Source: Obrimoposthia wandeli
Lineage: Eukaryota
Assembly (NCBI GenBank): GCA_977020255.1
Contig: CDROCS010000506.1
Span: 1,054,001 to 1,118,000, forward strand
Reading direction: 5' to 3'
DNA length: 64,000 nucleotides
Position numbers and translations under genes: made by a program
Shown: positions 18,960 through 29,886 of the stretch, one piece after another
How positions within the stretch are numbered: the first letter of the stretch is position 1
Layout of the letters: the number at the start of each line of letters is the position of its first letter
Notes under the pieces: model-generated
Seen by the model: only the letters and a program-made list of their open reading frames with translations
What the model was told of the DNA's origin: nothing
Database searches by the model: none

Positions 18960-19063
18960 TATCATCACGCATTAGCTATCAACAGACCTAAGCCTAAGCG
19001 CCATTAACAAGTACAAGCACAAATATAAGTACCACGCTAACCATCAACATAAGGTATCTGAAT

Positions 19064-19936
19064 ATGAATAATATAAACCTCTTATTTGATTACAACGGCC
19101 ACTTACCTGAATGCCCTACATGGTGTGAACAAAGCCAAAGCTTATATTGGACAGATATCTTAGAGAAACAGATACACCGATATGATCTATTAACCAAAAA
19201 ACATCATGTTCTCCATTTTACTGAAGAAGTGGGCAGTTTTGCACTCAGAAAATCAGGCGGTTTTATTTGTGCGATGCGCACTGGCATCTATTTAACCGAT
19301 GCCGATGGACAGCTAGATAAAAAAGTATGTGATAACCCGAACAATCCAGTGCTGGCTCGTTTTAATGATGGTGGCGTAGATCAACTAGGCCGCTTTTACG
19401 CTGGCACATACTGGTCACCAAAGGACTTTAATGGGGCATTGTTATGTCGCGTTGATGCGGATTTAAATACCAAAGTAATACACGCTGATATCCTCGGCGC
19501 TAATGGCCTGGCGTTTAGTCCTGATAGACAATGGATGTATACAACAGATACGCCAAACCGAGTCATGTATCGCACACCTCTAGATGAATTAGGTAATGCT
19601 GGCACTAGAGAGACATTCAAACGGTTCGAACCTGATTATGGCCGACCAGATGGCGCAGCGATGGATGTTGAAGGTTGCTACTGGGTTGCGATGTTTAGCG
19701 GTGCTAAAGTGATTCGTATCTCACCCAATGGCGAGATCTTGGCTGAATATCCAATTCCCGTTAAAAATCCGACCATGGTCTGTTTCGGTGGCAGTGATAT
19801 GAAGACGCTTTTCATTACTTCGGGACGTGAAAAAATGTCTGCAAGTGAGCGAGCAGCATCACCATTATCAGGTTGTATTTTTACCCTACACACCAGCGTT
19901 AAAGGCATGATTAAACCTCGCTTTAAAGAGGCTTAA
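19064..19936 (+). CDS. SMP-30/gluconolactonase/LRE-family lactonase
   Basis: LPECPTW, RFNDGGVDQLGRFYAG, NGLAFSPD, PDGAAMDVEGCYWVA. Confidence 0.9.
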   Translation: MNNINLLFDYNGHLPECPTWCEQSQSLYWTDILEKQIHRYDLLTKKHHVLHFTEEVGSFALRKSGGFICAMRTGIYLTDADGQLDKKVCDNPNNPVLARFNDGGVDQLGRFYAGTYWSPKDFNGALLCRVDADLNTKVIHADILGANGLAFSPDRQWMYTTDTPNRVMYRTPLDELGNAGTRETFKRFEPDYGRPDGAAMDVEGCYWVAMFSGAKVIRISPNGEILAEYPIPVKNPTMVCFGGSDMKTLFITSGREKMSASERAASPLSGCIFTLHTSVKGMIKPRFKEA

Positions 19937-20097
19937 CCTCAAACATGGGTAAATATGAGCATATAAAGTGTGATTTCAGGACGACTTATTTGCCTTGTTA
20001 AAACAAATTTTACCCTTTAAAGTGTTAACTAATATAGTAAATAATACTTTAGCCAAATCTGGTTAGCATTCTCCCTTTCCTCTTATCCCACTTTGGA

Positions 20098-21597
20098 ATG
20101 AACATGACAACAAAATCAGCCTATGAACAGCTATCTAAACATTTTAAAAAAATTCATAATCTAAGCCACTTATCGTCTATTTGTGGTTGGGATCAAGCAG
20201 CTATGATGCCTGCTGGCGGTAATGAAGCTCGCTCTGAAGCGATGGCTGAACTTGCTGTCATGATCCACCAGCAAAGCACAGCACCACAACTTGCCGATTT
20301 AATTAAACAAGCACAGTCAGACCAATTATCAACAGAGCAACAAGCGAGCTTAGCGGAAATAGATCGCAGCTGGCAGCAAGCTAACATAGTGCCTGAAGAA
20401 TTAGTTTCAGCTCAATCGTTAGCAGGTTCTAAATGTGAACACGCTTGGCGCACGCAACGTAAAGAAAACGACTGGGCTGGTTTTTCGAAAAACTTAAAAA
20501 CAGTGGTTGAACTATCACGTGAAGAAGCCAGCATTCGCGCACAAGCCAACAACTGCAGTAACTATGACGCATTAATGGACTTGTACGAACCAGGCATGAC
20601 TAGCGCACAGCTTGATCCAATCTTTGATGATGTAAAGTCATGGTTACCAGAACTAACGCTAGCCGCACAAGAAAAACAAAAATCAGACAATGTTATCATG
20701 CCGACAGGTCACTTCCCGATTGCCGCACAGCAGCAGTTAGGCTTAAAAACCATGGGCATTTTAGGCTTTGATTTTAACCACGGCCGTCTTGATGTATCAG
20801 CGCACCCATTCTGCGGCGGCGTATCTTCAGACGTACGTATTACTACGCGTTACGAAGAAGATGACTTCACACAAAGCTTAATGGGCGTTGTCCATGAAAC
20901 TGGTCATGCGCGTTATGAACAAGGCTTACCAACAGCATTGAACCACTTACCTGTAGGCCAAGCACGTTCAATGGGTATTCATGAAAGCCAAAGCCTGTTA
21001 TTTGAAATGCAATTAGGCCGTAGTGAAGAGTTTTTAACTTTGCTAACGCCAGAAATTAAACAAGCATTTGGCGGCACTGATACGGCTATTTATAACCCAC
21101 TGAACCTAAGCCAGTGTTATACCCGCGTAAAGCCTGATTTCATCCGCGTTGATGCCGATGAAGTGACTTACCCAGCGCACGTGATGTTACGTTATGAAAT
21201 TGAACAAGCATTAATGAATGGCGATATTGAAGTAGATGATATTCCTGAATTATGGGCGCTTAAAATGAAGCAGTATTTAGGTGTGGATACCAAAGGTAAT
21301 TACCGTAACGGTTGTATGCAAGATGTGCATTGGACCGACGGTAGCTTTGGTTACTTCCCGTCTTATACACTAGGCGCTATGTATGCTGCGCAATTTATGA
21401 CTACGATTAAGCAAGAGATGGATGTTTCGGCAATCATTACGAGCGGCGACTTATCACCTATTTTCACTTGGCTTAAAACTAACATTTGGCAGAATGCGTC
21501 ATTGTTAAGTACGAATGACTTAGTTAAGCAAGCAACGGGCGAAACTCTAAACCCTGCGCACTTTAGATGTCATTTAGAAAGCCGCTACTTGAAATAA
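20098..21597 (+). CDS. M32 (carboxypeptidase Taq family) metallocarboxypeptidase
   Basis: GRLDVSAHPFCGG, HETGH zinc motif, HESQSL, IRVDADEVTYPAH, GCMQDVHW, YFPSYTLG. Confidence 0.93.
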   Translation: MNMTTKSAYEQLSKHFKKIHNLSHLSSICGWDQAAMMPAGGNEARSEAMAELAVMIHQQSTAPQLADLIKQAQSDQLSTEQQASLAEIDRSWQQANIVPEELVSAQSLAGSKCEHAWRTQRKENDWAGFSKNLKTVVELSREEASIRAQANNCSNYDALMDLYEPGMTSAQLDPIFDDVKSWLPELTLAAQEKQKSDNVIMPTGHFPIAAQQQLGLKTMGILGFDFNHGRLDVSAHPFCGGVSSDVRITTRYEEDDFTQSLMGVVHETGHARYEQGLPTALNHLPVGQARSMGIHESQSLLFEMQLGRSEEFLTLLTPEIKQAFGGTDTAIYNPLNLSQCYTRVKPDFIRVDADEVTYPAHVMLRYEIEQALMNGDIEVDDIPELWALKMKQYLGVDTKGNYRNGCMQDVHWTDGSFGYFPSYTLGAMYAAQFMTTIKQEMDVSAIITSGDLSPIFTWLKTNIWQNASLLSTNDLVKQATGETLNPAHFRCHLESRYLK

Positions 21598-21639
21598 GAT
21601 TAAGTTAAAATTACCGACTGAATACGAAGGAATACCAGA

Positions 21640-22062
21640 TTGAAACAATCAATAATACACGTTGCCCTTGTTGTTAAAGATTATGATGAAGCAATTGATT
21701 TTTATGTCAATAAGCTAAAATTCGAACTCATTGAAGATACTTATCAAGCAGAGCAAGATAAGCGCTGGGTAGTCGTTTCACCACCTGGATCTAATGGTGT
21801 CACTTTATTATTAGCTCGTGCATCTAAGCCTGAACAAGAGGATTTCGTCGGCAATCAATCCGGCGGTCGTGTGTTTCTGTTTTTAAGTACAGATGACTTT
21901 TGGCGAGACTACAATCGAATGGTATCTGATGGCATCAAATTCATTAGAGAACCACAAGAACAAGATTATGGTACGGTTGCGGTATTTGAAGACCTGTATG
22001 GTAATTTATGGGACTTACTCCAACTGAGTTCGAGTCATCCAATGGCTCCGAGAACAGTATAA
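21640..22062 (+). CDS. VOC/glyoxalase-family protein
   Basis: IIHVALVVKDYDEAIDFY, RWVVVSPPG, YGTVAVFEDLYGNLWDL. TTG start. Confidence 0.88.
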   Translation: MKQSIIHVALVVKDYDEAIDFYVNKLKFELIEDTYQAEQDKRWVVVSPPGSNGVTLLLARASKPEQEDFVGNQSGGRVFLFLSTDDFWRDYNRMVSDGIKFIREPQEQDYGTVAVFEDLYGNLWDLLQLSSSHPMAPRTV

Positions 22063-22081
22063 CAAGTCAATCTAGCCAGAT

Positions 22082-22118
22082 AAAACAGCAGGTTTATAAT
22101 TTAAACCTGCTGTTTTTT
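22082..22118. terminator. Bidirectional terminator (VOC gene / norW)
   Basis: AAAACAGCAGGTTT-N7-AAACCTGCTGTTTTTT. Confidence 0.85.
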
Positions 22119-22149
22119 ATAATGAATAATTCAATGATACATTAGTTCA

Positions 22150-23310
22150 TCAGTTCATCACCTTAGGCAACAAGCGTAATAACTTAAACGCTTCAGGCAT
22201 ATTCGCTTGTGTCACCACAAACCCCATTAATATCTCATCACGATCAAACGCCTTTGCCGTCATTCCCGATGCAGTCAATTCAACTTGCCAACGCGAGTCA
22301 CTGGCCGTGGTATTACCGCTTAGTTGTATTGGAAATAACGGCGTTTTCACTTTAACTAACATTGCTGGAAACATCACCTCGGTCACCGACCCTGTGAGGG
22401 TTTTCGCTAACGCATTTGCACTGAGTATGATTGGTTGTAAAAACGCTAAGTGCTTACCGTCAATCTCAGCACAATCACCAATGGCAAAGATATGTGGATC
22501 ATTTGTGCTTAACTGTTTATCAACCACAATACCGCGATTAACGACTAACCCCGCATCATTTGCTAATGCCGTGTTAGGTTTCAAACCTGCTGCACATAAC
22601 ACGCTATCAACCGTAGCTGTATGCCCATTTTTAAAGCGAACCACAATACCAGTCTCTGTTTTAGTCATGCAGCTGAGTTCATTACCCAGTTGTAACTCAA
22701 CGCCTTGCCTTCTCATCGTTTGATAAAGCTGAGATGACACAAATTCAGGTAATAAACTTGGTAATAATGAATCCGCGCGATCACTTAATATCACCTTATA
22801 ATCGGCAATGGCTAAATCCATCGCGATTTCAGTCCCCACTAAACCCGCGCCAACCACCAACACAGATTTAGCCTGCGCCAATTTATCTTGTGACTGCTGA
22901 TACTCCTCCAGACTATTCAAGGTAATAATGTCTTTAGCCGCATCACCATCAACAAAAGGCACAAATGATTGCGCGCCAGTTGCCAGAACTAAACTTTCGT
23001 AGGCTATTTCGGTCCCCTGACAACTCACCGTCTTTTCGGTGCGATTAATGCCATCAACACTGGTATTTTTCATCAAGGTAATATTGTGCTCAGCCGCAAA
23101 GTCAGCACCGCTTTGTTTGACCATGTCTTGTGCCGTGAGTTTTTTACTAAATACATGGCTCAATTCTGGCTTAACGTAATCATCACCACTACCCGCTGTG
23201 ATGACCATTATCGCTTGTTGCTGATTTGCACGACGGATTGATTTAACTAATTGATAGGCAGCAAAGCCACTACCTATAATGACAATACATTTTTCATTAG
23301 CATCAATCAT
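22150..23310 (-). CDS. norW: NADH:flavorubredoxin reductase
   Basis: [58 protein letters not shown]. Overlaps the norV stop by 4 nt. Confidence 0.93.
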   Translation of the reverse strand: MIDANEKCIVIIGSGFAAYQLVKSIRRANQQQAIMVITAGSGDDYVKPELSHVFSKKLTAQDMVKQSGADFAAEHNITLMKNTSVDGINRTEKTVSCQGTEIAYESLVLATGAQSFVPFVDGDAAKDIITLNSLEEYQQSQDKLAQAKSVLVVGAGLVGTEIAMDLAIADYKVILSDRADSLLPSLLPEFVSSQLYQTMRRQGVELQLGNELSCMTKTETGIVVRFKNGHTATVDSVLCAAGLKPNTALANDAGLVVNRGIVVDKQLSTNDPHIFAIGDCAEIDGKHLAFLQPIILSANALAKTLTGSVTEVMFPAMLVKVKTPLFPIQLSGNTTASDSRWQVELTASGMTAKAFDRDEILMGFVVTQANMPEAFKLLRLLPKVMN

Positions 23311-24890
23311 GCTACCGCCTTCTTGGTTTTTATTTCTTCAAATACATCCTTACCTAAACCACATTCAGGGCAAAGGAAGTACTCAGGTACATCTGACCAT
23401 GCTGTACCAGGGGCAACATCTTGATTCGGCTCACCTTGCGCGGGCTCATAAACCCACTGGCAGACAGTGCATAACATCGAACTATTTACATCGACATCAC
23501 TACCAATACCAATACCAATACTAATACCAGCATCAAACTGGACAACCGGATTTTCTGGTATCGACTTTGCTACTGATTGTGGTTGTGGTTGTGATTGTGG
23601 TTGTGATACAGGTTCTTGTGCTACTTGTTCAGGAACCGTTTGATTTGCAGCAGGTGCAGATACATCAGCAGTAGGCGCGCTTGTTAGTGCCCACTCTCTG
23701 GCAATCATGCGACCGTATTCACGGCATTCCAATATTGCTTTACCGTCTGGTCGCCACTTAGTTTTAAGACTATCGAAGCGTTCAAAACCAGCGTCGTCAA
23801 GGCGGCTTTCAATACGGTCAATAGCACCGCCATTCCAACCATAACTGCCAAATGCAGCGGCTTTTTTATTTTTAAAACGTAAACCAGTGATCTCTTCAAG
23901 CATGCCAGCGACTTTCGGCATCATTACATTATTCATTGTCGATGAACCAACTAACACCCCTTTAGAAATAAAGGCATTAGATAAGATTTCGTTTTTATCA
24001 TGACGTGCGACATTAAATACTTTCACCGCAACCTGACTATCAACCTCATGGATACCTTGGGCAATCGCATCTGCCATCATCCGGGTATTATTCGACATGG
24101 AATCATAAAAAATAGTAATACGGTCTTCTTGGTATTTATCAGCCCACGTTAGATATTGCTCAATAATCTGAATTGGGTTGTCACGCCATACCACACCGTG
24201 CGCCGTTGCAATCATATCAACAGGTAAATTTAAGCTTAATACTTCTTTGATCTTGGCAGTAACTAATCCACTGAATGGCGTAAGAATATTGGCATAATAA
24301 CGTAGGCACTGATCCATCAACTCTTTAGTATCAACTTCATCATTGAATAAACGTTCATCGCAATAATGCTGACCGAATGCATCGTTACTAAACAGCACTG
24401 CATCACCAGTCATATACGTCATCATGCTATCAGGCCAGTGCAACATCGGCGTTTCAATAAACACTAACTGCTTGCCATTACCCAAATCTAAGCTGTCACC
24501 TGTCTTCACCACATTGAAATTCCAATCTGGCTGGTGATGATGACCGACAATTGAATCGATGGCATTTTCGGTACAATAAATTGGTGTATTCGGAATTTTA
24601 TTTAACAATGCAGCGAGCGCACCTGCGTGGTCTTCTTCTGCGTGGTTAATAACAATGTAATCAATTTTGTTAAGGTCAATTTCTAATTCTAATTGCTGGA
24701 TAAACTCGTAACAAAACTTGTGGTCAACTGTATCGATCAATACCGTTTTTTCTTCTTGAATTAGATAACTATTATAACTTGTGCCTTTCTCAGTTTTAAA
24801 TTCAGTGCCGTGAAAATCACGAACTTCCCAATCACGCTGTCCAACCCAAGAGATATTATTTTTTACATGTATAGTCATTTTAAATTCCAA
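23307..24890 (-). CDS. norV: Anaerobic NO reductase flavorubredoxin
   Basis: HAEEDH metallo-beta-lactamase motif, HWPDSM, flavodoxin domain, and C-terminal rubredoxin CTVC...CPECG. Confidence 0.95.
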   Translation of the reverse strand: MEFKMTIHVKNNISWVGQRDWEVRDFHGTEFKTEKGTSYNSYLIQEEKTVLIDTVDHKFCYEFIQQLELEIDLNKIDYIVINHAEEDHAGALAALLNKIPNTPIYCTENAIDSIVGHHHQPDWNFNVVKTGDSLDLGNGKQLVFIETPMLHWPDSMMTYMTGDAVLFSNDAFGQHYCDERLFNDEVDTKELMDQCLRYYANILTPFSGLVTAKIKEVLSLNLPVDMIATAHGVVWRDNPIQIIEQYLTWADKYQEDRITIFYDSMSNNTRMMADAIAQGIHEVDSQVAVKVFNVARHDKNEILSNAFISKGVLVGSSTMNNVMMPKVAGMLEEITGLRFKNKKAAAFGSYGWNGGAIDRIESRLDDAGFERFDSLKTKWRPDGKAILECREYGRMIAREWALTSAPTADVSAPAANQTVPEQVAQEPVSQPQSQPQPQSVAKSIPENPVVQFDAGISIGIGIGSDVDVNSSMLCTVCQWVYEPAQGEPNQDVAPGTAWSDVPEYFLCPECGLGKDVFEEIKTKKAVA

Positions 24891-24927
24891 TTAAACAATA
24901 ATAATAAATTTTATATACCTCTTTAAT

Positions 24928-24943
24928 TGCATGTAGCGTGCCA
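24928..24943 (-). promoter_or_regulatory. sigma54 -24/-12 promoter of norVW
   Basis: The minus strand reads TGGCACG-CTAC-ATGCA, against consensus TGGCACG-N4-TTGCW. Confidence 0.85.
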
Positions 24944-24986
24944 AAAGTTAACCTGTTGATTTAATAGTATATAACAAAACATGACT

Positions 24987-25041
24987 GTCATAATGACTAC
25001 CTTTACACATTGTCATTATGACTATACACTGTCGATAAGAC
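24987..25041. promoter_or_regulatory. Three NorR enhancer boxes (GT-N7-AC)
   Basis: GTCATAATGAC (24987-24997), GTCATTATGAC (25012-25022), GTCGATAAGAC (25031-25041). Confidence 0.88.
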
Positions 25042-25051
25042 AGTATTTTAT

Positions 25052-26620
25052 ATGATGATCACCATGCAACATGATACTAAAGACCTTATTCATATCGCCT
25101 TAGACTTAACGACTAATATCTCCAGTCAAGATCGCTTCGAGCGCTTACTCACCACCATGCGTAAACTATTTAATTGCGATGCATCAGCACTGCTAGAGTT
25201 TAAAGGGCAGCACTTCAAACCCTTAGCTATTAACGGCCTAAGCGCAGATGTACTAGGTAGGCAATTTAATATCAGCGAACACCCTAGATTAGAGGCAATA
25301 GCCAGAGCGGGTGATGTCGTCAGATTCCCAGCAGACAGCGATCTGCCCGACCCTTATGATGCCCTTATTACTTCGCATCAAGGTGATTTGCATGTGCATG
25401 CATGTGTAGGCTTACCCTTAATGGCAAATCAACGCCTGATTGGTGCTCTTACTATCGATGGTTTTAATCCTAACCAGTTTGATAACTTCAGTAATGATGA
25501 GTTACGTACCGTTAGCGCACTCGCGGCAGCGACTCTGAATATTGCATTATTGATGGATAAACTGGAAAAAGTCGCTGGCACCATGACCGAGTCAGATCCA
25601 GCCACACATCAACCACAAAGCAACACTGAAATTATTGGTCAATCAGCGCAACTCCAAGCCTTAAAAAAAGAAATCAGCGTTGTAGCTAGCACCGACATGA
25701 CAGCGCTCATATTAGGTGAAACAGGTGTTGGTAAGGAATTAGTCGCCACGGCAATCCACCAGCAATCGTCTCGAGCAGATAAACCCCTGATCTATCTTAA
25801 CTGCGCCGCATTGCCTGAATCTATCGCTGAAAGTGAATTATTTGGCCATGTCAAAGGCGCCTTCACGGGCGCTATTAGTAACCGTAGCGGTAAATTTGAA
25901 TTAGCCGATAAAGGCACGCTGTTTCTTGATGAAATTGGTGAATTAACCCTGACGTTACAAGCCAAACTATTACGGGTATTACAATACGGTGACTTACAAC
26001 GTATTGGTGATGACCGTAATTTAAAAGTCGATACCCGTATTATTGCCGCAACCAATAAAGACTTAAAAGAAGAGGTACTTGCAGGTCGATTTAGAGCAGA
26101 TCTTTACCATCGCCTGAGTGTATTTCCTATAATGGTATCGCCTTTACGTGAACGCGGTGAGGACATTCTATTATTGGCTGGTTTCTTTATGGAACGCTGT
26201 CGCAGCAAGTTGCAATTAAGCCATTTAAGTTTAAGTACTGCTTGCCAAAATACACTGATGAGTTATCCATGGCCGGGGAATATTCGCGAATTAGAACACA
26301 GCATTAATCGCGCAGCTATTCTCGCCAAAGCAGAAGCTAAAGATGAATTGGTCATACTACAACCTGCACATTTTAGGATTGATAATGTGAACGTTGGGCA
26401 CTCACCATTTGAAGTAACCGATGTGATTAACCAACCGACTCTCACAGTGACCAATATGCCCGTGGATAATTTACGCGAGGCTACCGAACAATTTCAACGG
26501 CAGTTAATCACTAATGCACTGCAAGAAAATAATAATAACTGGGCTGCGACAGCACGCCAGCTTTCTATCGATGTGGGCAATCTACACCGTTTAGCTAAGC
26601 GAATAGCATTGAAACAATAA
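25052..26620 (+). CDS. norR: NO-sensing sigma54-dependent activator NorR
   Basis: GAF domain (VHACVGLPL), [32 protein letters not shown]-terminal HTH. Divergent from norV. Confidence 0.95.
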   Translation: MMITMQHDTKDLIHIALDLTTNISSQDRFERLLTTMRKLFNCDASALLEFKGQHFKPLAINGLSADVLGRQFNISEHPRLEAIARAGDVVRFPADSDLPDPYDALITSHQGDLHVHACVGLPLMANQRLIGALTIDGFNPNQFDNFSNDELRTVSALAAATLNIALLMDKLEKVAGTMTESDPATHQPQSNTEIIGQSAQLQALKKEISVVASTDMTALILGETGVGKELVATAIHQQSSRADKPLIYLNCAALPESIAESELFGHVKGAFTGAISNRSGKFELADKGTLFLDEIGELTLTLQAKLLRVLQYGDLQRIGDDRNLKVDTRIIAATNKDLKEEVLAGRFRADLYHRLSVFPIMVSPLRERGEDILLLAGFFMERCRSKLQLSHLSLSTACQNTLMSYPWPGNIRELEHSINRAAILAKAEAKDELVILQPAHFRIDNVNVGHSPFEVTDVINQPTLTVTNMPVDNLREATEQFQRQLITNALQENNNNWAATARQLSIDVGNLHRLAKRIALKQ

Positions 26621-26664
26621 AGTTAGCAAAGTAAAAAGATAAAACAGAAAAAACAGAAAAAATA

Positions 26665-26708
26665 AAGGCCGCACATTTCTATTAATAAAATGTACGGCCT
26701 TACTTTTT
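26665..26708. terminator. Terminator-like hairpin between convergent norR and the Ig-lipoprotein gene
   Basis: AAGGCCGCACATTT...AAATGTACGGCCTT followed by ACTTTTT. Confidence 0.65.
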
Positions 26709-26736
26709 GTCACTGTAAATTCAACTAAATGATGCG

Positions 26737-29700
26737 TTATTTCATCGGCTGAGAAAGCTGTTGCAGTGACATATCACCCGGTTCAATGGTAAGTGTCATA
26801 CCTGCGATTTCTCCAAACCACGACAATATTGGCAGGTCTATTTCCATTTCAACACCAAGTGTGATCGCATCTAAATTACTCAATTCAATATTCATACGAC
26901 CATCATCTAAAAACGTCAGCGGTCCTTGTAAATTAGCCCTAATAGGATAACTGTGTAGATTATGAATAACTAGGCCTCCTAATACGCTCATGTAAGGATT
27001 ATCCATATAGATATCTAAATCAATTTTGAAATTGAGCCTACCTTCTTCCTCATTCCAAATAATATAACCCGTTGGTACTTCTGTTTTACCATATTGATCT
27101 ACCGGATAAAGAGGACGCATAACCATGGTGCCAGTTGGTACATTTGAAGGATATAAGCCTACAGGAGGTATAAGGCCAATTTGAGGAGTGCCAAGCATAG
27201 CGGCGACATTCACACTCGAAGATATTAATTGTTCTGCATGGATTTTTACTGGAATACGATTATTAACAGCATCGTACTCACCTACTTCTGTTGGCATAAA
27301 ACCGCTGATGAAAGTTTTAGCATAATCATCACTACAGGTTTGATCTAGCTGACAACCAACTGTTGCTCTAACTAACGCCCCACTTGTATCGAGTAGAGAT
27401 AATTTGGCAAAATTACCACTGATCACCTCTTCTTTTATATCATCCCAGCGATAATCACGGTTGGTATCGGACGTTGGCATCATCAGAGGATTAAACACTA
27501 AGTTATCAGTCGGTGCAGCACGGAATGGCATTAACATATTCGGACCACCTTGGTCTTCATGGGTATCCGCTATTAATAAGCTTGTTTGTAAAGGATAACC
27601 CTGAGCACTACACAGTACATTACCAGTAGAGCAATCTACTTCACCTTTAGTTGCCCCTTCTGCTGAAATTAAAGAATAACGGTATACATTTGAACCTTGA
27701 TCTTGCCAGTTATCGTTTGGTGAAAATGTTAAGATCTTATTCTCATACTTAAGCACACCAGGAACCGCTTCAATACAGCGATCAGAATCATTCGGATCAA
27801 CAATTTCGACACGGAATGAACCAGTATGACACTCTTCACCTAGACTGATACTCGCTGCATCCATCTGCTGACTGAATGCCACAAAAATATCGCGATCTTC
27901 CTGTAAATTAAATATATTTAATTTTTGATCTGTCGCTAAACCACCAGCACAACGACCAGCAATATCAAGGCTTAAATCAGTATCTTCCATAGCACATGAA
28001 TAACCCGGTACCATACCTTCAACCATTGGCGCTGTATAACGCGCAGCAATCTCATCATGCTCTTCAAACTCTATACCTTGATCTTTGTTTGGAGTAGAAA
28101 AAACTTGTGACAGATAAGCGCTGTTTCCAGCTAAATCTTTAATTGTGCCCGTAACAGTATAAGCGGTTAATGGTAATAGGTTCTCTGTCGGATCAATGAC
28201 AATCGACGCACCATCCTGTGAAACAAAAGAATCAACAGCTACGCCATTTTCATCTTTCAGTATTAGATTTTGCAGTGATGAGAGTTCTAAGGGCTCATTA
28301 TAAGTAATGATAATATTATCACCCGAGCTAAAATGCTGAGTATTCGTATTAGGATAGGCAGAGTGGAATCGAGGTGACAAAACATCAACAGCAGCTTCAG
28401 GTGTTTCAGCTTCAGTATATGATTCCATGTGAAATGATACTTGTGCATAAGCATTATCAACGCCTAAGATCTTCACACCAATTTCACTAACCGCATCAAT
28501 AATCATTGATGCGCCTTCCGTTCTCACGGTGCCCATCAATTCAAGATGCATAATATTCTGACTTAAACCACCATTGGCTTTGCCATTTAACTTTCCGTTT
28601 TCATCATAACCATCGGTAGTCATAGCAACATCCATGAACAGGTGTAGTTGCTTTGGTGCGTATTTATGATCAGAACTGGTGTTATTAATCAAATAACCCG
28701 TGGCATCAGAAATATTAGTCATGCGAATATTGCCGGTATCGAAACCAGTTGGGAATTCACCGCCAACTTTCACTGTTAAACTAGAACTATTTAAAATAGA
28801 GCCTTTACGAATAACCAATGGCGCGGCGTCATCAAAATTACCTAAATTCGCTAATTCAGTCACTAAATCGGAATCAACATAAGTCGTATCGTTACCACCA
28901 ATCAGTACCGATTTAATCGTTACCGCATTGATCAGTTCACCAGAATAAGGTGATGCCTGGTTATTATCATTCATGGTAACGTTCATTGGTTTAAATGCGT
29001 GAACACCAGAGTCCAATACCTTAAAGGTTTTCTCTAAGCCCGTAAAACTGTTACCCGCCATGTCTTTAACGCCATCACTGATGATAAGTTCATAGCTTGC
29101 ATCAATATCAAGATCAACTGCGGGATCAAAAGTGACATAACGCCCTTTAGCAATCAAATCACCGCTAATTTGCTCAGTTGAGCCTACTTTTTGAAATTTA
29201 AACGTATCACCAACCACTAACGTCTTAGTATCAATGTCATTAGTCATGCGTAGACGTAATGTTGTGAACATCGTAAACGGTAATTCATCGCTTGGGAAAA
29301 AACCGTCCGTATCCAAAGCAAAACTAGCCGAATCTTTAGCTAATCGAGTGGTAAAGGTAAGCGGGTCTTGCGCAGTACGCTCTGCAGTCAGTTCAGCATT
29401 ACCATCCGCTTCATTAATTAAACCAATTGCGTAAGTGACGCTGTACTGCTCACCTGCTTTTAGCGCTTGCGTTGGTTTAAAAGCGAAACCATTGGTCGGT
29501 GGGTTTTCTAGGTCAGTCGCAAAACTACCTTCAATCACTTCGACCGATGTCACCTCAACAAGGTTACCGTCACTGTCTGTTAAGCTAAATGCTTGCGATG
29601 CAAAGGTATCTAACGGATGCGAAAACGACAGCAATACCGAAGTATTAACCCCAACATCCGCTTGGCCGTTTGATGGGAATGAATAGAACTCATGGGCGTC

Positions 29701-29877
29701 AAATAAGCTTTGCGCTCGACGTTCAGCTAATGCTGCACGATTTTCTTCAGCGGTAAGCGCGACTACTTCAGCTTGTTCATTTTCTTGTAATTCAACACCA
29801 CAACCAGCAAGCATTATGGCAGAGGTAATAAGACTGTATTTAAAAAAATCGTTAAGCTTAGTGTTAATTATTTTCAT
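26737..29877 (-). CDS. Large lipoprotein with several SbsA/Big_5-type Ig-like domains (AupB-like)
   Basis: Lipobox LAG-C. About four Ig-like repeats (FPSNGQADVGVNTSVLLSFSHPL; YVTFDPAVDL...VKDMAGNS; IIITYNEPL...IKDLAGNS; IFVAFSQQMD...LTFSP) and several Cys pairs. It starts 9 nt after the FadL-like gene. Confidence 0.75.
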   Translation of the reverse strand: MKIINTKLNDFFKYSLITSAIMLAGCGVELQENEQAEVVALTAEENRAALAERRAQSLFDAHEFYSFPSNGQADVGVNTSVLLSFSHPLDTFASQAFSLTDSDGNLVEVTSVEVIEGSFATDLENPPTNGFAFKPTQALKAGEQYSVTYAIGLINEADGNAELTAERTAQDPLTFTTRLAKDSASFALDTDGFFPSDELPFTMFTTLRLRMTNDIDTKTLVVGDTFKFQKVGSTEQISGDLIAKGRYVTFDPAVDLDIDASYELIISDGVKDMAGNSFTGLEKTFKVLDSGVHAFKPMNVTMNDNNQASPYSGELINAVTIKSVLIGGNDTTYVDSDLVTELANLGNFDDAAPLVIRKGSILNSSSLTVKVGGEFPTGFDTGNIRMTNISDATGYLINNTSSDHKYAPKQLHLFMDVAMTTDGYDENGKLNGKANGGLSQNIMHLELMGTVRTEGASMIIDAVSEIGVKILGVDNAYAQVSFHMESYTEAETPEAAVDVLSPRFHSAYPNTNTQHFSSGDNIIITYNEPLELSSLQNLILKDENGVAVDSFVSQDGASIVIDPTENLLPLTAYTVTGTIKDLAGNSAYLSQVFSTPNKDQGIEFEEHDEIAARYTAPMVEGMVPGYSCAMEDTDLSLDIAGRCAGGLATDQKLNIFNLQEDRDIFVAFSQQMDAASISLGEECHTGSFRVEIVDPNDSDRCIEAVPGVLKYENKILTFSPNDNWQDQGSNVYRYSLISAEGATKGEVDCSTGNVLCSAQGYPLQTSLLIADTHEDQGGPNMLMPFRAAPTDNLVFNPLMMPTSDTNRDYRWDDIKEEVISGNFAKLSLLDTSGALVRATVGCQLDQTCSDDYAKTFISGFMPTEVGEYDAVNNRIPVKIHAEQLISSSVNVAAMLGTPQIGLIPPVGLYPSNVPTGTMVMRPLYPVDQYGKTEVPTGYIIWNEEEGRLNFKIDLDIYMDNPYMSVLGGLVIHNLHSYPIRANLQGPLTFLDDGRMNIELSNLDAITLGVEMEIDLPILSWFGEIAGMTLTIEPGDMSLQQLSQPMK

Positions 29878-29886
29878 AAGACCGCC

